Source: Scyliorhinus canicula (Eukaryota). From it: DNA of 64,000 nt. The DNA is taken from positions 20,642,546 through 20,706,545 of the forward strand of contig NC_052158.1 in the NCBI RefSeq assembly GCF_902713615.1, written 5' to 3'. The translations under genes were made by a program, and so were the position numbers. Position 1 is the first letter of the stretch, and each line of letters opens with the position of its first letter. Below the pieces are notes generated by a model. That model did no database searches. It saw nothing but the letters and a program-made list of their open reading frames with translations, and had not been told where the DNA came from. Shown one piece after another: positions 1 to 12,364 of this stretch.

Positions 1-125
1 ACAGTGTGTAAACCTCTTCCAACTTTCAGGGAGACTCCTCCATGTCTGGGTCAATCTCAAACTCTTCAGATCCTCAGATACCTCGAGCCCGGCATTTGCT
101 GTCTCCACATCCAGGGTCACAGAGT
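1..125 (-). CDS. TRIM gene A, terminal PRY-SPRY (B30.2) exon, runs off the window start
   Basis: Acceptor ctgtttttactcccag|AC at 126/125, phase 1. Reads (D)SVTLDVETANAGLEVSEDLKSLRLTQTWRSLPESWKRFTHC, a typical PRY start (VTLD..TA...L.VSED). Confidence 0.9.
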
Positions 126-189
126 CTGGGAGTAAAAACAGAGGGTTAGAGAAAGTTGCTGGGGATTGGTGGGAGGGTAGGGGAGGGGG

Positions 190-1260
190 GAAGACTGTCT
201 GGGGATTGGAAGGGGAGGCTGTCTGGGGATTGGACGGGGGAGACTGGGGATTGGAAGGGGAGAGACTGTCTGGGGATTGGACGGGGGAGACTGGGGATTG
301 GAAGGGGAGAGACTGTCTGGGGATTGGACAGGGGAGACTGGGGATTGGAAGGGAGAGACTGTCTGGGGATTGGACGGGGGAGACTGGGGATTGGAAGGGA
401 GAGACTGTCTGGGGATTGGAAGGGGAGAGACTGTCTGGGGATTGGACGGGGGAGACTGGGGATTGGAAGGGAGAGACTGTCTGGGGATTGGACGGGGGAG
501 ACTGGGGATTGGAAGGGAGAGACTGTCTGGGGATTGGAAGGGGAGAGACTGTTTGGGGATTGGAAGGAGAGACTGTCTGGGGATTGGAAGGAGAGACTGT
601 CTGGGGATTGGAAGGGAGAGACTGTCTGGGGATTGGAAGGGGAGACTGTCTGGGGATTGGAAGGAGAGACTGTCTGGGGATTGGAAGTGAGAGACTGTCT
701 GGGGATTGGAAGGGGGAGACTGTCTGGGGATTGGAAGGGGAGACTGTCTGGGGATTGGAAGGGGAGACTGTCTGGGGATTGGAAGGGAGAGACTGTCTGG
801 GGATTGGAAGGGGGAGACTGTCTGGGGATTGGAAGGGGGAGACTCTCTGGGGATTGGAAGGGGAGACTGTCTGGGGATTGGAAGGGGAGAGACTGTCTGG
901 GGATTGGAAGGGGGAGACTGTCTGGGGATTGGAAGGGAGAGACTGTCTGGGGATTGGAAGGGGGAGACTGTCTGGGGATTGGAAGGGGGAGACTCTCTGG
1001 GGATTGGAAGTGAGAGACTGTCTGGGGATTGGAAGGGGGAGACTGTCTGGGGATTGGAAGGGGAGACTGTCTGAGGATTGGAAGGGGGAGATTGTCTAGG
1101 GACTGGTGGGCCAACTGTCTGCGGATTGGAAGGGGAGACTGTCTGAGGATTGGAAGGGAGAGACTGTCTGGGGATTGGAAGCGGGAGACTGTCTGGGGAT
1201 TGGAAGGTGAGACTGTCTGGGGATTGGTGGGCCCACTGTCTGAGGACTGGAAGGGAGAGA
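190..1260 (+). repeat. Minisatellite sub-array 1, ~25-26 bp unit (gagactgtctggggattggaagggga)
   Basis: Directly visible tandem units; lies in the last intron of TRIM A next to the PRY acceptor. Confidence 0.95.
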
Positions 1261-1439
1261 CTGTCTGAGGATTCGGGAATGCAGAGATTTGTTGCGGATT
1301 GGGATGACACTGAGGATCGGGGGAGCAAAGACTCACTGGTGATTGGGGAAAGGCTGTCTGAGGACTGGGGGGAGCAGAGACGCTGGGGATTAGCCTGCAG
1401 ACTGTGAAGATTGGGGGAGCAGAGACCCATTGGGGTGGG

Positions 1440-4400
1440 AGCTGAGAGACTGTCTGAGGATTGGGGAGGAGCTGGGAGACGGTCTGAGGATGGGGGGGGG
1501 GGGGGGGGGAGCTGGGAGACTGTCTGAGGATTGGGGAGGAGCTGGAAGACACTCTGAGGATTGGGGATGAGCTGGGAGACCGTGCGGATCGGGCAGGAGC
1601 TGGGAAACTGTCTGAGAATTGGCGGGGATCTGGGAGACTGTATGAGGATTGGGGAGGAGCTGGGAGACTGTCTGAGGATTGGGCGCGAGCTGGGAGACTG
1701 TCTGAGGATTGGGGAGGGGCTGGGAGACTGTCTGAGGATTGGGGAGGGGCTGGGAGACTGTCTGAGGATTGGGCGGGAGCTGGGAGTCTGTCTGAGGATT
1801 GGGGAGCGGCTGGGAGACTGTCTGAGGATTGGGCAGGAGCTGGGAGTCTGTCTGAGGATTGGGGAGGAGCTGGGAGATTGTCTGAGGATTGGGGAGGAGC
1901 TGGGAGACAGTCTAAGGATTGGGGAGGAGCTGGGAGATTGTCTGAGGATTGGGCGGGAGCTGGGAGACTGTCTGAGGATGGGGGGGGGAGCTGGGAGATG
2001 GTCTGAGGATTGGCTGGGATCTGGAAGACTGTCTAAGGATTGGGAAGGAGCTGGGAGACTGAGGATTGGGGGGGGGGAGATCTGGGAGACTGTCTGAGGA
2101 TCAGGGAAGGGAGCGGGGAGACTGTCTGAGGATCGGGCGGGAGCTGGGAGACTGTCTGAGGATCGGGCGGGAGCTGGGAGACTGTCTGAAGATTGGGGAG
2201 GAGCTGGGAGATTGTCTGAGGATTGGGGAGGAGCTGGGAGAATGTCTGAGGATTGGGGAGGAGCTGGGAGATTGTCTGAGGATTGGGGAGGAGCTGGGAG
2301 AATGTCTGAGGATTGGGGAGGAGCTGGGAGATTGTCTGAGGATTGGGCAGGATCTGGGAGACTGTCTGAGGATTGGGGGGAGCTGGGAGACTGTCTGAGG
2401 ATTGGGGGGAGCTGGGAAACTGTCTGAGGATTGGGAGGGGGGGGAGCTGGGAGACTCTCTGAGGATTGGGGAGGGAGCTGGGAGACTGTCTGAAGATTGG
2501 GGAGGAGCTGGGAGACGGTCTGAGGATTGGGGGGAGCTGGGAGACTGTTTGAGGATTGGGGAGGAGCTGGGAGATTGTCTGAGGATTGGGAGGAGCTGGG
2601 AGACTGTCTGTGATTGGGGAGGGAGCTGGGAGATTGTCTGAGGATTGGGCGGGATCTGGGAGACTGTCTGAGGATTGGGGAGGAGCTGGGAGATTGTCTG
2701 AGGATTGGGGAGGAGCTGGTAGACTGTCTGTGATTGGGGAGGAGCTGGGAGACTGTTCGGATCGGGCGGGAGCTGGGGGACTGTCTGAGGATTGGGGAGG
2801 AGCTGGGAGACTGTCTGAGGATGGGGGGGGGGGAGCTGGGAGACTGTCTGAGGATTGGGGAGGAGCTGGAAGACACTCTGAGGATTGGGGATGAGCTGGG
2901 AGACGGTGCGGATCGGGCGGGAGCTGGGAAACTGTCTGAGAATTGGCGGGGATCTGGGAGACTGTATGAGGATTGGGGAGGAGCTGGGAGACTGTCTGAG
3001 GATTGGGCGCGAGCTGGGAGACTGTCTGAGGATTGGGGAGGGGTTGGGAGACTGTCTGAGGATTGGGCGGGAGCTGGGAGTCTGTCTGAGGATTGGGGAG
3101 GGGCTGGGAGACTGTCTGAGGATTGGGCAGGAGCTGGGAGTCTGTCTGAGGATTGGGGAGGAGCTGGGAGACTGAGGATTGGGGGGGGGAGATCTGGGAG
3201 ACTGTCTGAGGATCGGGGAAGGGACCGGGGAGACGGTCTGAGGATCGGGCGGGAGCTGGGAGACTGTCTGAGGATCGGGCGGGAGCTGGGAGACTGTCTG
3301 AAGATTGGGGAGGAGCTGGGAGATTGTCTGAAGATTGGGGAGGAGCTGGGGGATTGTCTGAGGATTGGGGAGGAGCTGGGAGATTGTCTGAGGATTGGGG
3401 AGGAGCTGGGAGATTGTCTGAGGATTGGGCAGGATCTGGGAGACTGTCTGAGGATTGGGGATGAGCTGGGAGACCGTGCGGATCGGGCGGGAGCTGGGAA
3501 ACTGTCTGAGAATTGGCGGGGATCTGGGAGACTGTATGAGGATTTGGGAGGAGCTGGGAGACTGTCTGAGGATTGGGCGCGAGCTGGGAGACTGTCTGAG
3601 GATTGGGGAGGGGCTGGGAGACTGTCTGAGGATTGGGGAGGGGCTGAAAGACTGTCTGAGGATTGGGCAGGAGCTGGGAGTCTGTCTGAGGATTGGGGAG
3701 GAGCTGGGAGATTGTCTGAGGATGGGGGAGGAGCTGGGAGGGTCTGAGGATTGGGGAGGAGCTGGGAGACAGTCTGAGGATTGGGGAGGAGCTGGGAGAC
3801 AGTCTGAGGATTGGGGAGGAGCTGGGTGACTGTCTGAGGATGGGGGGGGGGGGAGCTGGGAGATTGTCTGAGGATTGGCTGGGATCTGGGAGACTGTTTT
3901 AGGATTGGGGAGGAGCTGGGAGACTGAGGATTGGGGAGGGAGATCTGGGAGACTGTCTGAGGATCGGGGAAGGGAGCGGGGAGACTGTCTGAGGATCGGG
4001 CGGGAGCTGGGAGACTGTCTGAGGATCGGGCGGGAGCTGGGAGACTGTCTGAAGATTGGGGAGGAGCTGGGAGACTGCGGATCGGGCGGGAGCTGGGAGG
4101 CTGTCTGAGGATTGGGGAGGAGCTGGGAGACTGTCTGAGGATTGGGGAGGAGCTGGGAGACTGTCTGAGGATTGGGGGGAGCTGGGAAACTGTCTGAGGA
4201 TTGGGAGGGGGGAGCTGGGAGACTCTCTGAGGATTGGGGAGGGAGCTGGGAGACTGTGCGGATCGGGCGGGAGCTGGGAGACTGTCTGAAGATTGGGGAG
4301 GAGCTGGGAGACGGTCTGAGGATTGGGGGGAGCTGGGAGACTGTTTGAGGATTGGGGAGGAGCTGGGAGATTGTCTGAGGATTGGGAGGAGCTGGGAGAC

Positions 4401-7400
4401 TGTCTGTGATTGGGGAGGGAGCTGGGAGATTGTCTGAGGATTGGGCGGGATCTGGGAGACTGTCTGAGGATTGGGGAGGAGCTGGAAGATTGTCTGAGGA
4501 TTGGGAAGGAGCTGGGAGACTGTCTGTGATTGGGGAGGAGCTGGGAGACTGTTCGGATCGGGCGGGAGCTGGGAGACTGTCTGAGGATTGGGGAGGAGCT
4601 GGGAGACTGTCTGAGGATCGGGGAGGAGCTGGTAGACTGTCTGAGGATTGGGGAGGAGCTGGGAGACAGTCTGAGGATTGGGGAGGAGCTGGGAGATTGT
4701 CTGAGGATTGGGGAGGAGCTGGGAGACTGTCTGAGGATTGGGGAGGAGCTGGGAGATTGCCTGAGGATTGGGGAGGAGCTGGGAGATTGTCTGAGGATTG
4801 GGCGGGATCTGGGAGTCTGTCTGAGGATTGGGGAGGGAGCTGGGAGACTGTGCGGATCGGGCGGGAGCTGGGAGACTGTCTGAAGATTGGGGAGGAGCTG
4901 GGAGACTGTCTGAGGATTGGGGAGGAGCTGGGAAAATGTCTGAGGATTGGGGAGGAGCTGGGAGGCTGAGGATTGGGGTGGGAGCTGGGAGACTGTCTGA
5001 GGATTGGGGGGAGCTGGGAGACTGTCTGAGGATTGGGGAGGAGCTGGGAGACAGTCTGAGGATTGGGGAGGAGCTGGGAGATTGTCTGAGGATTGGGCGG
5101 GAGCTGGGAGACTGTCTGAGGATGGGGGGGGGAGCTGGGAGATTGTCTGACGATTGGCTGGGATCTGGGAGACTGTCTGAGGATTGGGGAGGAGCTGGGA
5201 GACTGAGGATTGTGGGGGAGGGGAGATCTGGGAGACTGTCTGAGGATCGTGGAAGGGAGCTGGGAGACTGTGTGAGGATCGGGGAAGGGAGCTGGGAGAC
5301 TGTCTGAGGATCGGGGAAGGGAGCGGGGAGACTGTCTGAGGATCGGGGAAGGGAGCTGGGAGACTGTTTGAGGATCGGGGAAGGGAGCGGGGAGACTGTC
5401 TGAGGATCGGGCGGGAGCTGGGAGACTGTCTGAGGATCGGGCGGGAGCTGGGAGACTGTCTGAATATTGGGGAGGAGCTGGGAGACTGTGCGAATCGGGC
5501 GGGAGCTGGGAGGCTGTCTGAGGATTGGGGAGGAGCTGGGAGACTGTCTGAGGATTGGGGAGGAGCTGGGAGACTGTCTGAGGATTGGGGAGGAGCTGGG
5601 AGACTGTCTGAGGATTGGGGAGGAGCTGGGAGATTGTCTGAGGATTGGGCGGGATCTGGGAGACTGTCTGAGGATTAGGAGGGAGCTGGGAGATTGTCTG
5701 AGGATTGGGCGGGATCTGGGAGACTGTCTGAAGATTGGGGAGGAGCTGGGAGATTGTCTGAGGATTGGGGAGGAGCTGGGAGACTGTCTGAGGATTGGGG
5801 AGGAGCTGAGAGATTGTCTGAGGATTGGGGAGGAGCTGGGAGATTGGCTGAGGATTGGGCGGGATCTGGGAGACTGTCTGAGGATTGGGGGGAGCTGGGA
5901 GACTGTCTGAGGATTGGGGGGAGCTGGGAAACTGTCTGAGGATTGGGAGGGGGGAGCTGGGAGACTCTCTGAGGATTGGGGAGGGAGCTGGGAGACTGTC
6001 TGAAGATTGGGGAGGAGCTGGGAGACTGTCTGTGATTGGGGAGGAGCTGGGAGACTGTGCGGATCGGGCGGGAGCTGGGAGACTGTCTGAGGATTGGGGA
6101 GGAGCTGGGAGACGGTCTGAGGATTGGGGAGGAGCTGGGAAAATGTCTGAGGATTGGGGAGGAGCTGGGAGGCTGAGGATTGGGGTGGGAGCTGGGAGAC
6201 TGTCTGAGGATTGGGGGGAGCTGGGAGACTGTCTGAGGATTGGGGAGGAGCTGGGAGACAGTCTGAGGATTGGGGAGGAGCTGGGAGATTGTCTGAGGAT
6301 TGGGCGGGAGCTGGGAGACTGTCTGAGGATGGGGGGGGAGCTGGGAGATTGTCTGAGGATTGGCTGGGATCTGGGAGACTGTCTGAGGATTGGGGAGGAG
6401 CTGGGAGACTGAGGATTGTGGGGGAGGGGAGATCTGGGAGACTGTCTGAGGATCGTGGAAGGGAGCTGGGAGACTGTGTGAGGATCGGGGAAGAGAGCTG
6501 GGAGACTGTCTGAGGATCGGGGAAGGGAGCGGGGAGACTGTCTGAGGATCGGGCGGGAGCTGGGAGACTGTCTGAGGATCGGGCGGGAGCTGGGAGACTG
6601 TCTGAATATTGGGGAGGAGCTGGGAGACTGTGCGAATCGGGCGGGAGCTGGGAGGCTGTCTGAGGATTGGGGAGGAGCTGGGAGACTGTCTGAGGATTGG
6701 GGAGGAGCTGGGAGACTGTCTGAGGATTGGGGAGGAGCTGGGAGACTGTCTGAGGATTGGGGAGGAGCTGGGAGATTGTCTGAGGATTGGGCGGGATCTG
6801 GGAGACTGTCTGAGGATTAGGAGGGAGCTGGGAGATTGTCTGAGGATTGGGCGGGATCTGGGAGACTGTCTGAAGATTGGGGAGGAGCTGGGAGATTGTC
6901 TGAGGATTGGGGAGGAGCTGGGAGACTGTCTGAGGATTGGGGAGGAGCTGAGAGATTGTCTGAGGATTGGGGAGGAGCTGGGAGATTGGCTGAGGATTGG
7001 GCGGGATCTGGGAGACTGTCTGAGGATTGGGGGGAGCTGGGAGACTGTCTGAGGATTGGGGGGAGCTGGGAAACTGTCTGAGGATTGGGAGGGGGGAGCT
7101 GGGAGACTCTCTGAGGATTGGGGAGGGAGCTGGGAGACTGTCTGAAGATTGGGGAGGAGCTGGGAGACGGTCTGAGGATTGGGGGGAGCTGGGAGACTGT
7201 TTGAGGATTGGGGAGGAGCTGGCAGATTGTCTGAGGATCGGGCGGGAGCTGGGAGACTGTCTGAGGATTGGGGAGGAGCTGTGAGATTGTCTGAGGATTG
7301 GGGAGGAGCTGGGAGATTGTCTGAGGATTGGGCGGGATCTGGGAGACTGTCTGAGGATTGGGGGGAGCTGGGAGACTGTCTGAGTATTGGGGGGAGCTGG

Positions 7401-8235
7401 GAAACTGTCTGAGGATTGGGAGGGGGGGAGCTGGGAGACTCTCTGAGGATTGGGGAGGGAGCTGGGAGACTGTGCGGATCGGGCGGGAGCTGGGAGACTG
7501 TCTGAAGATTGGGGAGGAGCTGGGAGACGGTCTGAGGATTGGGGGGAGCTGGGAGACTGTTTGAGGATTGGGGAGGAACTGGGAGATTGTCTGAGGATTG
7601 GGAGGAGCTGGGAGACTGTCTGTGATTGGGGAGGGAGCTGGGAGATTGTCTGAGGATTGGGCGGGATCTGGGAGACTGTCTGAGGATTGGGGAGGAGCTG
7701 GGAGATTGTCTGAGGATTGGGGAGGAGCTGGGAGACTGTCTGTGATTGGGGAGGAGCTGGGAGACTGTTCGGATCGGGCGGGAGCTGGGGGACTGTCTGA
7801 GGATTGGGGAGGAGCTGGGAGACTGTCTGAGGATCGGGGAGGAGCTGGGAGACTGTCTGAGGATTGGGGAGGAGCTGGGAGACAGTCTGAGGATTGGGGA
7901 GGAGCTGGGAGATTGTCTGAGGATTGGGCGGGAGCTGGGAGACTGTCTGAGGTTTGGGGGGGGAGCTGGGAGATTGTCTGAGGATTGGCTGGGATCTGGG
8001 AGACTGTCTGAGGATTGGGGAGGAGCTGGGAGACTGAGGATTGGGGGGGGGGGAGATATGGGAGACTGTCTGAGGATCGGGGAAGGGAGCTGGGAGACTG
8101 TCTGAGGATCGGGCGGGAGCTGGGAGACTCTCTGAGGATCGGGGAAGGGAGCGGGGAGACTGTCTGAGGATCCGGCGGGAGCTGGCAGACTGTCTGAGGA
8201 TCGGGCGGGAGCTGGGAGACTGTCTGAGGATCGGC
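1440..8235 (+). repeat. Minisatellite sub-array 2, ~30 bp unit (gagctgggagactgtctgaggattggggag) with kb-scale higher-order duplications
   Basis: Tandem 30-mers sharing the core gagactgtctg(a/g)ggattgg with sub-array 1. ORFs 5467-5910 and 6609-7052 have identical translations (offset 1142). Confidence 0.95.
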
Positions 8236-8392
8236 GAGATATTGTCACCTCCTTGACCATTTCAGATGCAATTACCCGGTTTCTCGTCTTGAAAAAGGAT
8301 CACCCAGAGGGAAAGAGACTTTCAAAGAGTGAGGAATATAGGTTCTGCAAATATCAAGCATGAGCCCTCCACATCAGCGATTTCGATATTAA

Positions 8393-8736
8393 AGAACATA
8401 GAACATAGAACATAGAACATAGAACAGTACAGCACAGAACAGGCCCTTCGGCCCTCGATGTTGTGCCGAGCAATGATCACCCTACTTAAACCCACGTAAC
8501 CCGTATACCCGTAACCCAACAATCCCCCCATTAACCTTACACTACTGGCAATATATCATGGCCAATCCACCTAACCCGCACATCTTTGGACTGTGGGAGG
8601 AAACCGGAGCACCCGGAGGAAACCCACGCACACACGGGGAGGACGTGCAGACTCCACACAGACAGTGACCAGGTCGGGAATCGAACCTGGGACCCTGGAG
8701 CTGTGAAGCATTGATGCTAACCACCATGCTACCGTG
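8393..8736 (-). mobile_element. HE1-like tRNA-derived SINE with (gaacata)n tail
   Basis: Reverse complement shows A/B-box head (ggttcgattccc), gggtttcctccgggtgctccggtttcctcccacagtccaaag body and CR1-type tail. Confidence 0.85.
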
Positions 8737-9139
8737 AAGAAAGTAAACAAAAGCTGCAGGTGGAGTTTCAACATGAATCTAAATCCTCCTCCTTGTTTAA
8801 TGCCACACGAACGGAGATTAAACCAATGGATGTGACTGAGATTTCACACACTTTATCAAATGACTAATTGAGGAAGATGACTGTGCATGTTTGAGCATCT
8901 GCGCACATGTTTGTGGGTAGTGTGTAAATGCACAGTTTTAAATGATTTCATGGAATGCCAGTATCGCTAAGACGACCAGCATTTGTTGCCCATCCCTAAT
9001 TGCCCTTGAACTGAGTGGCAGTGAAGAGTCAGCCACATTGCTGTGGGACTAGAGTCACGGGTCGGCCAGACTGGCCAAGGACGGCCGGTAACCAGATTGG
9101 GAGTGGGTGTGGGGTGGAGGGCCGAGTTCCAGATTTGCG

Positions 9140-10100
9140 TAACCCTCAGAGAGAAACTATTACTCCACATCCCTGTCCTATAAGGGCAACCCCTCATTTT
9201 AAACCAGTGCACCGCAGTCACCCCTCACCCTTCTAAATTCCAGTGGAAACTATCCCAAACTGTCGAACCTATCCTCATAAGGTGACCTGCTCATTCCTTT
9301 TTTTTCCAATTCCGGGGCAATTTAGCGTGGACCCTGCACATCTTTTTGGGTTGTGGGGCTGAGACCCATGGAGACACGGGGAGGATGTGCAAACTCCACA
9401 CGGTCAGTGACCCGGGGCTGGGATCGAGACCCGCTCATTCCAGGTATTAATCTAGTAAACCTCCTTTGAACCACCTCCAACCCATTTACATCCTTCCTTA
9501 AATAAGGAGACCAAAACTGCACACAATATTCGAGATGTGGTCTCACCAATGTCCTGTATATCTGAAGCTAAGCCTCTTTACTTTCATGGTCAATTCATCT
9601 TGTAATAAAGGATAGCATTCCATTAGCCTCCTTAATTGCTTGCTGTGTCTGGGTACTAACATTTTGTGACTTGTGCACTAGAACACCGAGATCCCTCTGT
9701 GCCTCGGAATTTTGCAGTTCCTCTCCATTTAACTGAGTATCTTCTTTTTTATTCTTCCTGCCAAAGTGAACAACCTCACATTTTCCCATAATATACTCCA
9801 TCTGCCAGAGTTTTGCCCAACTCACTCAACCAATCACTATTTACCTGCATCCTCCTTCTGTCCTTTTCACAACAGACTGTTCTACCTACCTTTGTGTCAT
9901 CTGCAAATTTAGCTACGATGCCTCCACACCCCTCATTGATATAAATTGTAAAAAATTGAGGCCCCAGCACAGGCGCCTGCGAACTCCACCCTTTGCATCC
10001 TGCCAATCAGATAACGACTAATTTATGCAGACTCTCTGATTCCTGCCAGCTAATCTATCCATGCCAATGCCCTCTCCACCATGAGCTTCTGTTTTCAGCA
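9140..10100 (-). mobile_element. CR1 LINE ORF2 fragment with a short SINE inserted at ~9297-9432
   Basis: ORFs [38 protein letters not shown] and SSQAPVLGPQFFTIYIN are CR1 RT motifs. Confidence 0.9.
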
Positions 10101-10274
10101 ATAACCTTCGATGTGACATCTAATAATAATAAAATTACTCTTTATTAGTGTTACAAGTAGGCTTACTTTAACACTCAGTTAATTACACACCAGTGTGTTT
10201 TGGGGAAGTGATTTAATCAGAGGGTTCCAGCATTGCTGATGCATGGGAGCTGACTATTTAAAGGTGATATGAAA

Positions 10275-10462
10275 TGAAATGAAAATGAAATGAAAATCGC
10301 TTGTTGTCACGAGTAGGCTTCAAATGAAGTTACTGTGAAAAGCCCCTAGTCACCACATTCCTGCACCTGTTCAGGGAGGCTGGTGCAGGAATTAAACCGT
10401 GCTGCTGGCCTGCCTTGGTCTGCTTTAAAAGCCAGTGATTTAGCCCAGTGTTCTAAACCAAG
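10275..10462 (-). mobile_element. tRNA-derived SINE, family B (ggggctggtttagc... head, tttcatttcatttc tail)
   Basis: Near-identical copies at 11408-11585, 16308-16482, 38275-38460 and 63488-63665. Confidence 0.8.
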
Positions 10463-10713
10463 TTGAACTTGGTGCCAAAATAGGACTTGATTTCCACTGA
10501 AGGACATTTTAAACAGGTTATTTTGCCATTATTTTTCAGTTAAAGATTTGATTTGTTTTATTGTCACATGTACAGAAGTACATGTGACAATACAGAAGTA
10601 CTCTGCGGCCAAGGGATTGTACATTGAACCTATCATTGTCTCTGATATTTATTTGTACAATAAATTAAGTTACAAGATATAATTCAGAAGAATAGAACTT
10701 ATCTGAGCTTTAC

Positions 10714-10829
10714 CAAGGTTAACAGCATCCAGCATGTCACTCCACATTGTATAATGCAAGGGGCGGCTGAATTTTTCTGTAGACAGCACATCATCTACCA
10801 ATGACAGCTGAGAATTGTCATCGCTAATC
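10714..10829 (-). CDS. TRIM A exon 5 (116 bp linker)
   Basis: atatttgcag|G...CTTG|gtaaag, phase 2 to 1; RISDDNSQLSLVDDVLSTEKFSRPLHYTMWSDMLDAVNL. Confidence 0.85.
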
Positions 10830-10926
10830 CTGCAAATATTAAACAGTTACTTATAGATTTTCAATGAACACTTCCCTGAACTATTTTTGCAAATTGTGCA
10901 GTATTTCAGTAAATAGCAATGTCTAC

Positions 10927-10949
10927 CTCATTTCCCAAGATGATTCTTC
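10927..10949 (-). CDS. TRIM A exon 4 (23 bp)
   Basis: tactcatttcag|GAAGAATCATCTTGGGAAATGAG|gtagac; the 23-nt exon characteristic of class IV TRIMs; phases fit both neighbours. Confidence 0.85.
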
Positions 10950-11407
10950 CTGAAATGAGTAAAAGAGAAACTTGAGTTGGCAGAGGCTGACTGTCTAGAA
11001 ATCACCTCCGCATTGTTAGAATTCCCAATTCCCCATGCTGCAGATCCACAGATAGAAGGATGATATTACAACAAGGATGCAGATGCAGATGGTATAGGAA
11101 AGGATGGCCAAGATCACACTAGAACTGAGCAGATGCAGCCAACAGCAAGGGCTGAATAGGTGGGGGATTCTTCTCGGAAAGGGAAGACTGGGAGGCCACC
11201 TGGTGGAGGTCTTAACATTTTAAAGGGGTCATAGATAGAACACTTTTCTACATGTGGAGGAAACTGCAATTATGGGTGGTAAAAGTGTGCATTGCCTGAA
11301 TTATCTCAAATATGCGACCATTAACTAATCAATCCAACATGAAATTTAGATCAAACCTCTTTATCTAGAGTATTGAGTATGTGAAACATGCATTTTGGAG
11401 CAATTGA

Positions 11408-11585
11408 AAAAATGAAAATCGCTTATTGTCACAAGTAGGCTTCAATGAAGTTACTGTGAAAAGCCCCTAGTCACCACATTCCGGCTCCTGTTCGGGGAGG
11501 CTGGTACGGGAATTGAACCATGCTGCTGGCCTGCCTTCGTCTGCTTTCAAAGCCAGCGATTTAGCCCAGTGTGCTAAACCAGCCC
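11408..11585 (-). mobile_element. tRNA-derived SINE, family B
   Basis: Matches the 10275-10462 copy. Confidence 0.8.
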
Positions 11586-11644
11586 AAATTTAGGTTAAAG
11601 GTGTTTAAGGGAAAGTTATTTAAGGACAGGAGGAAGGGATATAT

Positions 11645-11935
11645 TAATAATAATAATCTTTATTTGTGTCACAAGTAGGCTTACAGTAACACTGCAATGA
11701 AGTTGCTGTGAAAAACCCCTCATCGCCACATTCCAGCGCCTGTTCGGGTCCACGGAGGGAGAATTCCCAATGTCCAATTCACATAACAAGCACGTCTTTC
11801 CGGACTTATGGGAGGAAACCGGAGCACCCGGAGGAAACCCAGGCAGACAAAGGGAGAATGTGCAGACTCGGCACAGACAGTGACCCAAGGCGGGAATCGA
11901 ACCTGGGTCCCTGGCACTGTGAAGCAACAGTGCTG
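11645..11935 (-). mobile_element. Composite SINE (HE1-like head with family-B-like tail)
   Basis: Same structure at 32565-32866 (-), 44026-44320 (+) and partially 59250-59385 (-). Confidence 0.75.
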
Positions 11936-12004
11936 AACATAAACACGTAGATAGACCTGATCATATTGGAACATGCAGACTTTCATTGAAATATAATCCC
12001 TCAC

Positions 12005-12238
12005 CGTCAGAAACAGTATCCCGTCTTTTTGTTTCAACTGCTTTTCCAGCTTTAAGAGGTGCTCCTGAATAGAATTTAAGTTCTCTCGAATTTCACAAAG
12101 ATTTTCCTCCATTTGTTCAAGAATCTTCTCCTCTTCCTCCCCGAGATCTCGAAGGAAACACTGTTCCTTCTCAGTGAGAATTTGGTGCATTTCAGCGAAC
12201 ACTAATGTGATGTGGCTCTGTAGGCCGATTGACTGTTC
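12005..12238 (-). CDS. TRIM A exon 3 (234 bp, coiled coil)
   Basis: ttttgtag|GAACAG...CTGACG|gtgagg; EQSIGLQSHITLVFAEMHQILTEKEQCFLRDLGEEEEKILEQMEENL...DGILFLT. Confidence 0.92.
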
Positions 12239-12364
12239 CTACAAAAGTAAACATCAAAGAAAAAAAGGAGTTAGATATTTTCCTCAGAAAATCCCGCCCG
12301 GATCCTCCCCACAATAAAAAAACACCCGAATCCAATCTCAAAAATCAGGTTCAGGAGACTTTAC

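Noticed and set aside
190-8235. CRISPR-like array
   Set aside because: Units are contiguous with no unique spacers, there are no cas genes, and the context is eukaryotic.
117-8260. 919-aa, 861-aa and 468-aa Ser/Pro-rich ORFs and many Gly-rich plus-strand ORFs
   Set aside because: They are translations of the tandem array; the C-rich strand of the unit lacks stop codons in all frames, and none joins the PRY exon in frame.
8276-8287. 12-nt phase-preserving micro-exon (ttttcaag|ACGAGAAACCGG|gtaatt) in TRIM A
   Set aside because: Exon 5 splices directly to the PRY exon in frame, and TRIM B has no counterpart; unsupported without RNA data.
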